Made by a program: the position numbers and the translations under genes. The notes below the pieces were generated by a model, which was not told the origin of the DNA, did not search any database, and saw nothing but the letters and a program-made list of their open reading frames with translations. From Schmidtea polychroa (taxonomy: Eukaryota), in the NCBI GenBank assembly GCA_044892525.1, contig CM097885.1, forward strand, positions 23,252,001-23,312,185: a DNA stretch of 60,185 nt, read 5' to 3'. Within the stretch, counting starts at the first letter, position 1, and each line of letters begins with the position of its first letter. Below, piece after piece: positions 22,881 through 34,006 of the stretch.

Positions 22881-25797
22881 CATTTAAATTTTCATTAAAA
22901 ATTACATTTCTCAAAAAAGTTGGTGGTTATTCAATCTTTTGATAATAAATTTAAAAATCTTAGTTTAATTTACTTATTACATTACTTATTTAAAAATTAT
23001 TACTTTAATTTACTCCTTTAGCTTTAATTTAAAATTTGAACCATTGATTACTTAATTTTAAATTTTGAACCTTAATTTTCCTTAATTTATCCTTAATTTA
23101 CCTAATTATTCTTTATTTCTTAATTTTACACCATAATTTACTTAACAACTAAATATAATCCTTATTTTCATATTTAACCAATAATTTCATGTGGTCATCT
23201 GGTTGTAAGTGTTTGGTATCTAGTTGACAGTGCTTAGTACTAGGTAAGTTATTTGGTTGTTAGTACTTGGTTGATAATGCTTAGTTGTTGGTTGTATGTA
23301 CTTGGTAGCTAGTTGTTAGTAACTAGTTGTAGGTAATTAATGCTTAGTAGTTGGTAACTGGTTGTTAGTACTTGGTAGGTGGTAGCTAGTTGTTAGTAAC
23401 AAGTTGTAGGTACTTAGTAGTTGGTTATAAGTAGTTGGTAGGTGGTTGTAGGTACTTAGTAGTTGGTAATTAATGCTTAGTACCTGGTTGTTTTTGGTTG
23501 ATAGTACTTGGTAGGTGGTAGCTAGTTGGTTGCTATCAGGTAACTAGTTGTTAGTAACTAGTTGTAGGTATCTGGTTGTTAATACATGTTCGTAATTTAC
23601 TGGTACTTGGTATCTAGTTGTTAGTTGTTAGCGGGTTGTTAGTAACTAGGTATCTAGTTGTTAGTACTTGGTTGATAATGCTTAGTACCTGGTTGATGGT
23701 GGTTGTTAGTAGTTGGTATCAGGTAACTGGTTGTTAGTACTTGGTAGTTGGTAGCTAGTTGTTAGCTGGTTGTAGCTAGTTAATGGGTAGGTGGTTGTTA
23801 GTAGTTGGTATCAGGTAACTAGTTGTAGGTATCTAGTTGTAGGTACTTGGTATCAGGTAACTGGTTGTTAGTATCTAGTTGTAAGTACTTGGTAGTTGGT
23901 TGTTAGTTGTTGGTATCAGGTTGTAAGCTGGTTGATAGTACTTGGTATCTGGTAATTAGTTGTAAGTACTTGGTTGTTTGAGAGTTATTTAGTACGTGGT
24001 ATCTAGTTGTTAGCTGGTTGTAGCTAGTTAATGGGTAGGTGGTTGTTAGTAGTTGGTATCAGGTAACTAGTTGTAGGTATCTAGTTGTAGGTATCTGGTC
24101 TCAGGTAACTGATTGTTAGTAACTAGTTGTAGGTATCTGGTTGTTAATACATGTTCATAAGTTACTGGTTGTTGGTACTAAGTTGTTGGTTTGTTGTTGA
24201 ATTATTATTAAAATTTGTCTTTGAAAAATATTTCATAAAAATTTTCATTAAAAATTATCTTAAAAATTTCCATCTAAAATTATCATTGAAAAATATTTCA
24301 TAAAAATATCCATCTAAAATTACCATTGAAAAATATTTCATTAAAATTTCTATTAAAAATTACTTAAAAATTATTTCATAAAAATTTTCATTAAAAAATT
24401 TCAATTCTCAAACACCTTCTATTATTTTGTAATTAAATTTTAAAATCTTACTTTAATTTACTTATTACATTACTTTAATTTACTTATTTAAAAATTATTA
24501 CTTTAATTTACTTATTTAAAATTTTTTACCATTGATTACTTAATTTAAAAATTTGGACCATTATTTACTGTAATTTAATTTTTAAGAACTTAAATTTACT
24601 TTAATTCAAAAATTTGGACCATTATTTACTTTAATTGAAAAATCTGGACCATAATTTACTGTAATTTAATATTTTAGAACCATAATTTACTTTAATTTAA
24701 TTTTTAGAACCATTATTTACTGTAATTTAATTTTTTAGGACCATTATTACCTTATTTGAAAATTTGAGCCATAATTTACTGTAATTTAATTTTTTAGGAC
24801 CATAATTACCTTATTTGAAAAATTTGAACCATAATTTACTTTAATTGAAAAATTTGGACCATAATTTACTGTAATTTAAAAATCTTAGTCCATAATTTAC
24901 TGTAATTCAATTTTTAGACCCATAATTTACTGTAATTTTAAAAAATTTACCACGTTTTTTAGTGTAGACCACCTTTGTCTATTGAAATTCTCAGGACCAA
25001 GGAGACCCACCTTAATTTAATTCGAAAAATCCATGCTTTTTTATTGATAGTCGGATTTTTGTATTGAAAATATCCTGAGACCTTAAATTACCATGCTTCT
25101 TTATTGAAGACTCACCTCACTATAGTCTGAAAAATCCTTGGCTTTTTTAGTGGTAGTCGGATTTTTGTATTGAAAATATCCTGAGACTTTAAATTACCAC
25201 GTTTTTTTTTTAGTGTAGACCACCTATTTCTCAGGACCAAGGAGACTCACCTCACTATAGTCTGAAAAATCCTTGGCTTTTTTAGTGTAGACCGGCTTTT
25301 TGTATTGAAAATATCCTGAGACCTTAAATTACCATGCTTTTTTATTGATAGTCGGATTTTTGTATAGAAAATCCCAGGACCATCGAGACCCCTCACTATA
25401 GTCTGAAAATTCCATGCTTTTTTATTGATAGTCGGATTTTTGTATAGAAATTTTTTTTTTGTATTGAAAATCCCAGGACCATCGTTTTTGTATAGAAAAA
25501 ATTTTTTTGTATTGAAAATCCCAGGACCATCGAGACCTCCTCACTATAGTCTGAAAATTCCTTGGCTTTTTTAGTGTAGACCAGCTTTTTGTATTGAAAA
25601 AAATTTTTTGTATTGAAAATCCCAGGACCATCGAGACCCCCTCACTATAGTGTGATAAAAAAATAATTTGGACCAAAAATCCCTGAGAGCAAAAAATGTG
25701 AGTTGGAACAATTGCGTAATAAAAAGTTGGAACAATTTTACCCCCCCCCCCCCCGGGGGGGGGGGTAATTGTTCCAGTGGGCTACTATCTACCTACT
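18151..25797 (-). repeat. Right arm of the giant inverted repeat (7,647 bp)
   Basis: Mirror coordinates sum to 35308 internally and 35557 distally. It carries an extra 248 bp between ~90-bp direct repeats starting at 23755 and 24003. Confidence 0.92.
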
Positions 25798-26809
25798 CTG
25801 CCAACTAAACAAAACAACAAAAAAACTCAAAACAAAAAAATTAAACTTCCCAAGCAGCGAAATATTTGAAACAATACACACAGATGTGGTAGGACCATTA
25901 CCACCAAACGACAACTACAAATACCTCCTAACAATTATAGACAGGAAATCCAACTGGTTCGAAGTAATCCCAATAAAAGAAATCAGCGCGAAAAATATCT
26001 GTGAAATGATCGAATTAAATTGGATAGCTCGTTATGGCCAACCGAAAACAATCATAATTGATCAAGGCAGACAATTCGAATCAGAAATGTTCAAAATACT
26101 GTGCAATAAATACAATATCAAAAGAAATCGAACAACAGCTTACAACCCACAATCAAATGGGAAAATCGAACGGTTTCACAGAACATTAAAAGAAAGCATC
26201 AGGACAAAAGCCAATGACCAAAACTGGTTAAACCAACTTCCAACAATATTAATCGGACTAAGAAATAGCCCAAATTCAACAGATAATGAAAGTCCAGTAT
26301 ACAAAATTTTCGAAAAAGCAACAAACTTGCCATCACTTAAATCAGATACAAACAAAAACACCGAAAACAGCAAACAAATAACAAACAAAAATAGCGAAAC
26401 CACCGAACAGAAACCAAAAGGAATTTTAAAAAGAAGACCGGACTCCGAATTAGACGGAAAAATAGTATTAACAACAGATTTCATCCTAATAAAAAAACCA
26501 TTCACAAAAGGATTCGAATCCAAATACGAGGGTCCATTCAAACTCCTAGAAATTAACAAAAACGTCGCCACAATAATCAAAAACAACAACAAAATGAAAA
26601 TAAACATAAGACGAATAAAACCCTATCACCAAAACAAAAACCCACAAAACAACTCACCGCAAGACAAAACACAAACCCAAACACAAACAAAAAAACAACC
26701 AATTCACAAAAACATCACATTCAACCACAAAAATTCAATCAAAATATTCGATAAAGACACAATACTGGCTCCACTATACAAAAAACGTTACAGCGAATGC
26801 TTTAAATAA
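25798..26809 (+). CDS. pol: Gypsy Pol part 3: integrase catalytic core and C-terminus
   Basis: IHTDVVGPLP, IIIDQGRQFES, NGKIERFHRTLKE (DDE triad) and YEGPF. It joins part 2 in frame as CHSCQLNK once the insertion and one TSD are removed. Confidence 0.93.
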
Positions 26810-27037
26810 AAACACAAACATACACAAACAAACACACGCACAAACAGCGTTAATTGTACAGTTTTTATTTTTCTTGTAAATACAAAACAAAATGTAAATT
26901 TTTAATTTTATTGAAGTTGTAGATACAAAGAAACAGAAACAAAATACACAAAAACATATAAAACATACGAAAAAAAAAGTTATTGAATGTAATTTTTTTA
27001 CGTTGCTTTTTATTGATTCATGTTAACCTCCGGTTTT

Positions 27038-27048
27038 AAAGGGGGAAG
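27038..27048 (+). promoter_or_regulatory. Polypurine tract AAAGGGGGAAG
   Basis: Immediately upstream of the TG start of the 3' LTR. Confidence 0.75.
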
Positions 27049-27051
27049 TTA

Positions 27052-27768
27052 TGTAATGTACAGTTATTTTTGTTAATATTTTAGTATTCACAATTAGGAA
27101 TTGTGTATACTAAGATATAAAATACAACCATCTGGGAAATCCAGATTTTTAATAAAACTATAGTAAATTAAAAAATTAAAAAAAGTCAATAAATAAATCA
27201 AATAAAATTTAGAACAAACAGGAACTAAGACAAGAATAAGAAAACAAATTTAGAAGAAATTGGAAAGAATATTATTAAACCAATTCCTTTAAAACGGAAA
27301 AAAGAATATTAGAAGACTAGAACAAAACAAAGATCAGAAATAATACTATAAAATAACCTCTGAGGAGAGAATCCGACAAAACTAATTCCGTAAAAGATTA
27401 GAAAAGATATTACCTATTAATCTCTGAAGCAACCTCTGAGGAGAGAATCCGACAAAACTAATTCAGTAAAAGATTAGGAAAGATATTACCTACTAATCTT
27501 TGAAGCAACCTCGGGGACAAAGTGGTTAATTTTTTTTGTATAGTTAAATAAAAGTTTTAGTATCATAATTGTTATACAGTTATATTTATTTTTAGTTTTA
27601 TTCATCACCACACAGCCTGCACCCCGATTGTCCCAACACATTTTTTTGGTGACTCTATCGGGCTCTTCAAATTCTCCTACAAAATAACATAAATTAACAA
27701 TAATTAACAATAATAACAATAAAAACAATAATTTATTAACTATAATAACAACCATAACCCCCATAACA
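27052..27768 (+). repeat. Gypsy 3' LTR (~717 bp)
   Basis: TGTAAT...ATAACA. The last 437 bp match the 5' LTR remnant; the start is inferred from the PPT. Confidence 0.85.
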
Positions 27769-28690
27769 AACCTCATTAAAAATTAATTTTTATTTAAAAT
27801 TTAAAACCAAGTCAATAAAATATAGCAAATTATCAAGAAATTAATTAAATCTGTCTTAGAATTAACACTAAAACCTTAACTTTTTAAAATATTCTTTCAA
27901 TTAACATGAAATTCACAAAAAATGGTAGTAAAATCCCGTTAACTCTAAAAAATTACCAATGAATTTAATGCCAAATAATAACCAAATATTTGCCTAAATA
28001 AAATAATTAAAACACACCAGTACCTTTACGACCAGTACCCTTACGATCAATACCCTTACGACCAATACCCTTACGACCAATACCCTTACGACCAATACCC
28101 TTACGAGCAGTACCCATAGAGGGAGAAAATATGTTGTCGGATAAACTCAGAGTATATATAATAAAACGAATTAACAATAACTCCATCAAATTGAATCAGT
28201 CAAATTATCACAAATTTTGATAAAAAATCTTATTCTAAAATGGTAAGCAGCGTAAAATCGAAAGATAATTTTAATAACACAGAGATAAAATTAACAATAT
28301 TATTTTCACGTGGTAAGAATCATGATTATTCTATGATTAATTAATAATGAAATTCAAAAAGGTTATGGAAAGTAAATGTAAATATTCTGAGAAGTGGCAT
28401 AGATAAGATGGAAATATATTAATTGCATTTATTTAAAATTATTTCATAAAATTCATAAAAATTTATAAAAAATGATCACTTTATTAAAAAATATTTAATA
28501 CAATTTTCAAAGAAATATTTGTTGGGAGGATTAGTGGAAAATCGGGGGCTGTAAGTGATGAGGATATATAAAATTATTTCTAATATATGAGTTACTAACG
28601 AATTAAAATATTTTAATAATGCGATAAACATTTATTTGATAAAGTATTTAATCCACAAATGACAAACATACATAACAAATGGTATTTGAC
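27769..28690 (+). repeat. Diverged homologue of the palindrome inner arm (about 16115-17157)
   Basis: Collinear blocks: AACCTCATT.AAAAT, AAGTCAATAAAA, TTATCAAGAAATTAATTAAAT, TCGGATAAACTCAGAGTATATAT, GGCATAGATAAGA, ATTTATTTAAAATTATTTCATAAAATTCATAAAA, ATGGTATTT. 15-bp TACCCTTACGACCAA array at about 28020-28115. Confidence 0.8.
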
Positions 28691-28980
28691 TGAGTAATTA
28701 TGATAGATTCATATTTTAAATTTTAAGCGAGTGCGCCTTGTTATCCAGATGAAAGGTAATATAACGAAGTACTAACTCTCTCAACACTACAAACATTCAG
28801 TATTCGTGTGTGTTTGTGACATTTGTTTCCGTTGCCTTTCATTATAGACTGCAATATGTAAATAACTGCCTGACTGGAGACTTTTGGTAGGCCGGGGTAT
28901 ATATCTTATATTTATAATTATTTTCTAAATAATTGACTGTAATTTTAATACCTCTATCCTAAGGTGGAAAGGCATGACTA

Positions 28981-31900
28981 CAGCCCCGTACCGTGACACC
29001 TTTTGACGGGGGGGGGCCCAGACTCTCATTAAAGGGGCCAGTAATTCTCGTGTAAACTAAGTATTTTATGAAAACAGACTAGTCACTACTCACACTTTGC
29101 ACTCCGAAATGTTCAATTTAAAAAAAAGGAAAGCAAAATCGACATTTTGTCTGAGCATTATTTTGCTACATTATTGCATATACTAGTATATAGGAAATGA
29201 TTTTCGCACATTTTTTAGGAACAAACACAAAAAACAAATAGCTGCATGTATTTTCACGACGGACAATTGGACATACAAAGACAGAACACACAGTCACACA
29301 GATTTGAAAACTAAAGGTGAGTGCAATAGAAATTACACAGGAACTAGATCCAGAAAAAAGAAATTACGAGTGTGAGATATCGACATGACTCAAAATAGCT
29401 GCAGTCGACGATTTTTCATTTCATGAAACCGCCGAAGAAACTCATCAGATTTGATGTTATTACTGATGTCACTTTCAAATGAGAGCAATACAAGGTTGGC
29501 TTTACGAGAATGGCTCATCGACGTACGAAAGGAGTTAAGACACGAGATAAAGTACTGACAGCCGCCTCACATGTGGCAGTTGAAGCACCGATTGTCAGTG
29601 CAGAAGCTGCAAGACGATAGACAGATGGAAAAGCATCTCGGTATGAGTACAGTTCTTGCACTAACTGATGAACGTTTGTCACAGTACTGGCTCTCTTCAA
29701 TAGGAAAACCTTTGCAGTTTCAAATTCATGTTGGGTTTCGCTTAGGTCCACGCCACACAGTGTCGCTAAAGACTTTAGCTCCTCAATATTCAAAAGGTTT
29801 GCGTGATCAGTCTTCAAACATGCAAGAGACTTATCAAGGCTTCTGTTGGTGACACCGAAGCGTTTTGTTAGTTCCTGCAGAGTCCTATCAAGGACTTCGT
29901 AATACATCTGGCAATATGCGCATCTGATAGGCAAGGCCTGGTGTTCTGGCTGTCCCACAGATCCGAACACAATGAAGTTGTCTAATTTTGAGTTCATCTG
30001 AGTTCTTCTTCTTTTTGATGTCTGTTCCATATCCATTTGACCTTCGAATTTCCCCAAAAGAACTTGGAATTCCTCTTCATTGCGTAGGCTGCGAATGCGC
30101 TCTATGACGGCATCCATAACATCACATGCTGAAGAAAGGTCCATTGCTTGACCCTGCAAGCTATTGTTGGCTGTTTCAAGGATAGTCAGCAATGAGAGCA
30201 CCATGTGTGCAATGAACTGAAACTCCACTTCATTGACTCGATGCAAGAGTCCAGTAGCTTCCAATTGAATATCAATTGAAAAGTGAGAATGTCTACTAGA
30301 ACACATCTCAAGCAAATTCACAATTGTATCATAATTAGTTGTTATTGCCTGAGTCGTCTGCAAGTGTCCTGTCCAACGATGTTCCATGAGCCGTGTCAAT
30401 TTATCGCCATGATATATGGCCGAAACCTTAGGATATGACAAAAATGTGTATAAGTTTCTGCATATGTCGAAGAAGTCCCGCAGTTTTTGGCACTCAGAAA
30501 CGGCACACACAACAACCAAATGCAACTTGTGGTTGAAGTAATGGACATACGGAATTTCTTTTTGTAGACGCTCCTGAAGCAAGGCCTGCACCCCACCATG
30601 CTGTCCAGACATAACAGCGGCTCCATCATAGCATTGGGAAATTATATTTTTAGGATCCAACTGAGCCTCTTTCAAGGTTGTCAAAATTACATCTGTGAAG
30701 GCCTCTGCATTGAGAGCAATTGTTCGGGAAATGCAGATTAAGTGCTCCTGAGGTTGTCCTGCTGAGACAAACCTTATGGCAATCGACACATTCTCAGTCC
30801 CTGTTCGATCTTTGGTACCATCCACCTTCAGAGTAAAATATTCAACATCCGCAGACTTGCACTTCTTAACAATTGACTCTTGCACTATTGATGCCATTAA
30901 CGCGATAATTTCATTTTGAATTCGAGGTGATGTGTACGTGGCAATTTTGGGAATCGTTTTAATGATTCGAGCCAGCTCAGGATTTTTCTTAACAGTGTAT
31001 TCGAAGAGACGTAAAAATAGACCACACGGAAGCTTATCATCCTCATCAATATCATCTCTACTGAAACTGTCACCACGAAAGGCTAATTCATTTGTCACAA
31101 GAAACTTTACAACGTCAACGATTTCGTTGACATAATAACGGTTGTTCTTCAGCTGTGTTTCATTAATCAAAGTGCAAACTTCCTCACCTTTTTCACATCT
31201 CAGCTGTTTCTCTTTCCAGCGTTCCATGGCATGGATGTGGCCACCAGAAGATTCATGCTTTTGAAAACCTTTTCCTTTTTCTAAAGCCGATTTCCAATTT
31301 CGGAATCCTCCTGTTCTGAAAGCACTTTCGCCAGCAGAGCTGGGCAATGAAAATTTTCTACAGCAAAAGCAGAAGACTGCATCTTTCTCAATAGAGTACT
31401 CCAAATATGGTCTTCCATTATACCACACAGACGAAAATGAGCGTTCCCTTGAACCAAACGAAGTCTTTGGTAAATTTACATCAGTTGGCTGGCGTGGCAT
31501 TTCTTCACTCAGATCACATTTAGTAGATGACAGAGTCTTAGCAGGTTCACAAGAAGATGAGGACATCACTGCACTGTCACGGATACATGAAATAGCAGGT
31601 ACAGATGAAGGACTAGCACAAGTTGAGGACATAGTAGCAGAGATACTATTACTCGATGAAGTGACTGAAGTCACAGAATTCTTTGGAATGACTTGGAAGA
31701 AATTCATGATACTCTTTTGTGTCGACATGTTCTAATACGATGAAAATAATGTTACAAAATATGATCAATTAACATGTCACTCTGCCATAGGAGTGAGTTG
31801 AGTATAATGACATGTGATGTGCTCTCATTGGCCTATCTCTCTACCATCGTATAAAAACCACAATGCACCCACTCCGTGCTCTGACACTCAATCATGCCTC

Positions 31901-32656
31901 CATGCGTTGTTACTGCCTGTGAGGCAGGAAAGACAGACAGCACGCACCCTACTTACGCCACCGACTTCACATGCCAGTCTCTTCCAGTCAGGCTATAGAT
32001 GGAACATCCTACCCCTGTCCATACTACATAAACTTCTACATGTGCAACTCATGAACACCCATGTCAATGCATGTGTGCACGATAGCAATTTTTCTTTTAT
32101 CAAACATATTGAATGTAATGCAGTGATTCACATTAGAGCAACTGTTGTCGACAACGTTTGGTATCGACAATTGATGCGCTGTTAACATTTGGTGTTAAGC
32201 AATCCTGTGAGACTAATATTTTAATTGTCCAGCACTACCCTTTAACGATTTGGGGAAATTTATAGACACACTCCGGGGTTCGAATTCCGTACACATCTGA
32301 GAAATTTCACGACATGTAACATTGCTTTACTAATTTAAAAGACCTCACCATCCATTGAAAGTTTTGTTAGAGAATCTTTTTTAACTTAAGAAAATGATTA
32401 AGTCTCAGTTAATTAGGATACGAGAAAGTTTTTATTTAGTGAAATTTAAAACGATGCTCTGACTTTAATTAAAAGGTTTTTTTAGGATTCGGTCCATTAT
32501 ATAGTGCTTATTAGATCAGTTATGGTACATGAATAAATGTAATTGTTTATTTCATTTTCACCTTGAAGTAAAACCATCATTTTTTATTCATGTCCGTTTT
32601 TTTATTTGGGGGGGGGGCCGGGCCCTCCTGGCCCCCCCCCCGACGGTACGGGCCTG
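28981..32656 (-). mobile_element. Full-length hAT DNA transposon (3,676 bp)
   Basis: TIRs CAGCCCCGTACCGT / ACGGTACGGGCCTG (14 bp, 1 mismatch); 8-bp TSD CATGACTA at 28973-28980 and 32657-32664. Confidence 0.93.
29515..31728 (-). CDS. hAT transposase (ZMYM1/DUF4371-like), with a frameshift near the C-terminus
   Basis: TTF-type Zn finger (VFCFCCR...NWKSA...H), VDGTKD, QCYDGAAVMSG, HYFNHKLHL, RW, TATCEAAVS. Adding one T at about 29528 extends the ORF (PFRTSMSHSRKANLVLLSFE...RRLQLF*) to 29390. Confidence 0.9.
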   Translation of the reverse strand: MSTQKSIMNFFQVIPKNSVTSVTSSSNSISATMSSTCASPSSVPAISCIRDSAVMSSSSCEPAKTLSSTKCDLSEEMPRQPTDVNLPKTSFGSRERSFSSVWYNGRPYLEYSIEKDAVFCFCCRKFSLPSSAGESAFRTGGFRNWKSALEKGKGFQKHESSGGHIHAMERWKEKQLRCEKGEEVCTLINETQLKNNRYYVNEIVDVVKFLVTNELAFRGDSFSRDDIDEDDKLPCGLFLRLFEYTVKKNPELARIIKTIPKIATYTSPRIQNEIIALMASIVQESIVKKCKSADVEYFTLKVDGTKDRTGTENVSIAIRFVSAGQPQEHLICISRTIALNAEAFTDVILTTLKEAQLDPKNIISQCYDGAAVMSGQHGGVQALLQERLQKEIPYVHYFNHKLHLVVVCAVSECQKLRDFFDICRNLYTFLSYPKVSAIYHGDKLTRLMEHRWTGHLQTTQAITTNYDTIVNLLEMCSSRHSHFSIDIQLEATGLLHRVNEVEFQFIAHMVLSLLTILETANNSLQGQAMDLSSACDVMDAVIERIRSLRNEEEFQVLLGKFEGQMDMEQTSKRRRTQMNSKLDNFIVFGSVGQPEHQALPIRCAYCQMYYEVLDRTLQELTKRFGVTNRSLDKSLACLKTDHANLLNIEELKSLATLCGVDLSETQHEFETAKVFLLKRASTVTNVHQLVQELYSYRDAFPSVYRLAASALTIGASTATCEAAVSTLSRVLTPFVRR

Positions 32657-33183
32657 CATGACTATATTAATCGAATAATAATTTAGAAGAATTTGATTTA
32701 AATTTCCATAACTTTATAGTAAATCTAGCGTGGTGAATATAAGTTTAAGTTTATGGAGATTATGTGTTCGCTTCTCTAGACGTCTGACAAACGAACTTCT
32801 TATGTCCTATATAAGGAATTATTAGGAAAAATTAGTGGGCACTCCTGCAATAGAGTAATCGTTGGTTATCGAAAATGTGAACGCTTATTATAAGAAATAC
32901 TAGGGATAATCAAATGTTTTTCTATATGCGAGAAATTTGTCACGTTGACGAGTGGATGTGTATTCTATTTTCGGCTAAATTTATTCTGATTCGGGGAATT
33001 TTTACTGCCACAGACATTGAATTCTAGAAGTCGCCTTTTCACGACATTGCCTATACCCAGTGTATTTTCGTTATGTTGAATGGTTACGATCTTAAGATGT
33101 TGTGGCTAAATTGTAAAATTAAAAACTGGGGAATTAGTTGCTCTATTTTCTTATATACTGGATAAGATAAGATTCTTATATAC

Positions 33184-34006
33184 CAGGAGTGCCCACTAAT
33201 TTTTCTAGGAGAGCTACATTCACATCCAAAATGTGTATGCGATCTACTTTTTTAGTACTTACATAATATTTACCTACAATGCAATAAATTCATCACAATA
33301 AAACAAATATATGTCAAAATATGGAAAATTAAACTATATAACTATTTATTATAAAAAAATGTAACTTAGGACAATTGCATATCAGTAATAGCAGAAATTA
33401 TATCTGATTTATTTTTAAAATCACAAAATAATGATTCTGCCGCTTCTAAAAATGCTTCTTTTACAATTACTCCATCACTAAAAGATTTCTTATTTTTTGC
33501 CAGAATGTAGCTTACTCGGAAAGATGCAGCTGTAGCTGACTTTGATTTGGATGTTAGCTTCGTAAAAAATGACTGTTGAAAAGAAATGCATGATTTCAGT
33601 TCCATGATTTTAGACTTGCGTAGTTCACTGTCAAGTGGATAATCAACTGCAAAATTCTTATGAATTGTCTTAAAATGGCTTTCCAAATTCCCTCTTTTTG
33701 GTAATGAAATAGTAGCTTTACAAATTAAGCAACAACATTTACCTTTAATCATTACAAAAAGTACTCCTTCTCCATTTCTTCGCTATAATGATAAGTCTTG
33801 GCTTTTTTATTTAGCATTTTTAAACAAAATTAATTTAACAAAAAAGCTTAAGAAAATTTTTCACTTTGTTACACAAAAATTTAAGCATAAAACAGAAATT
33901 TTATATAAAATCTAAATTTATATAAAAAATATTTTTTTATGAAGATCTACTAAAAAATCCTTCGCGATCTACCGGTAGATCGCGATCGACCTTATGGGCA
34001 CCCCTG
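33184..34006 (-). mobile_element. Internally deleted hAT (Buster/Charlie/SPIN-like) element
   Basis: Ends CAGGAGTGCCCA / TGGGCACCCCTG; subterminal palindrome CGCGATCTACCGGTAGATCGCG; transposase fragment inside. Confidence 0.75.
33366..33800 (-). pseudogene. N-terminal fragment of a GTF2IRD2/SPIN-like hAT transposase
   Basis: CCCLIC...NLESHFKTIH (BED-like finger), QQSFF, ASFRVSYILAKNKKSFSDG.IVKE. Confidence 0.8.

Larger units (their letters stand above)
9756..25797. mobile_element. 16,042-bp non-coding palindromic (foldback) insertion with AGT...ACT termini and 6-bp TSD
   Basis: CTGCCA at 9750-9755 and 25798-25803. The left arm (9756-17157) is the reverse complement of the right arm (18151-25797). 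The ORF track shows only mirrored, low-complexity 82-84 aa ORFs here. Confidence 0.93.
5811..27768 (+). mobile_element. Ty3/Gypsy LTR retrotransposon (CsRn1/Kabuki-like Gag CHCC box), interrupted by two insertions
   Basis: LTR-PBS-gag-PR-RT-RH-IN-PPT-LTR order. The two LTRs differ at about 5 positions over the shared 437 bp. Confidence 0.95.

Noticed and set aside
9881..25676. Mirrored ORFs 9881-10135/25422-25676 and 12942-13190/22118-22366 as element genes
   Set aside because: Short, non-ATG starts, translated from tandem repeats; they are duplicated only because of the palindrome.
9756..25797. Giant palindrome as an assembly or amplification fold-back artefact
   Set aside because: The exact 6-bp TSD, in-frame restoration of integrase on removal, unique spacer and arm-specific differences argue for a real insertion. 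Read-level confirmation is still needed.
28007..28189. ORF with RKGIG repeats
   Set aside because: Translation of the 15-bp DNA tandem repeat; no evidence of coding.
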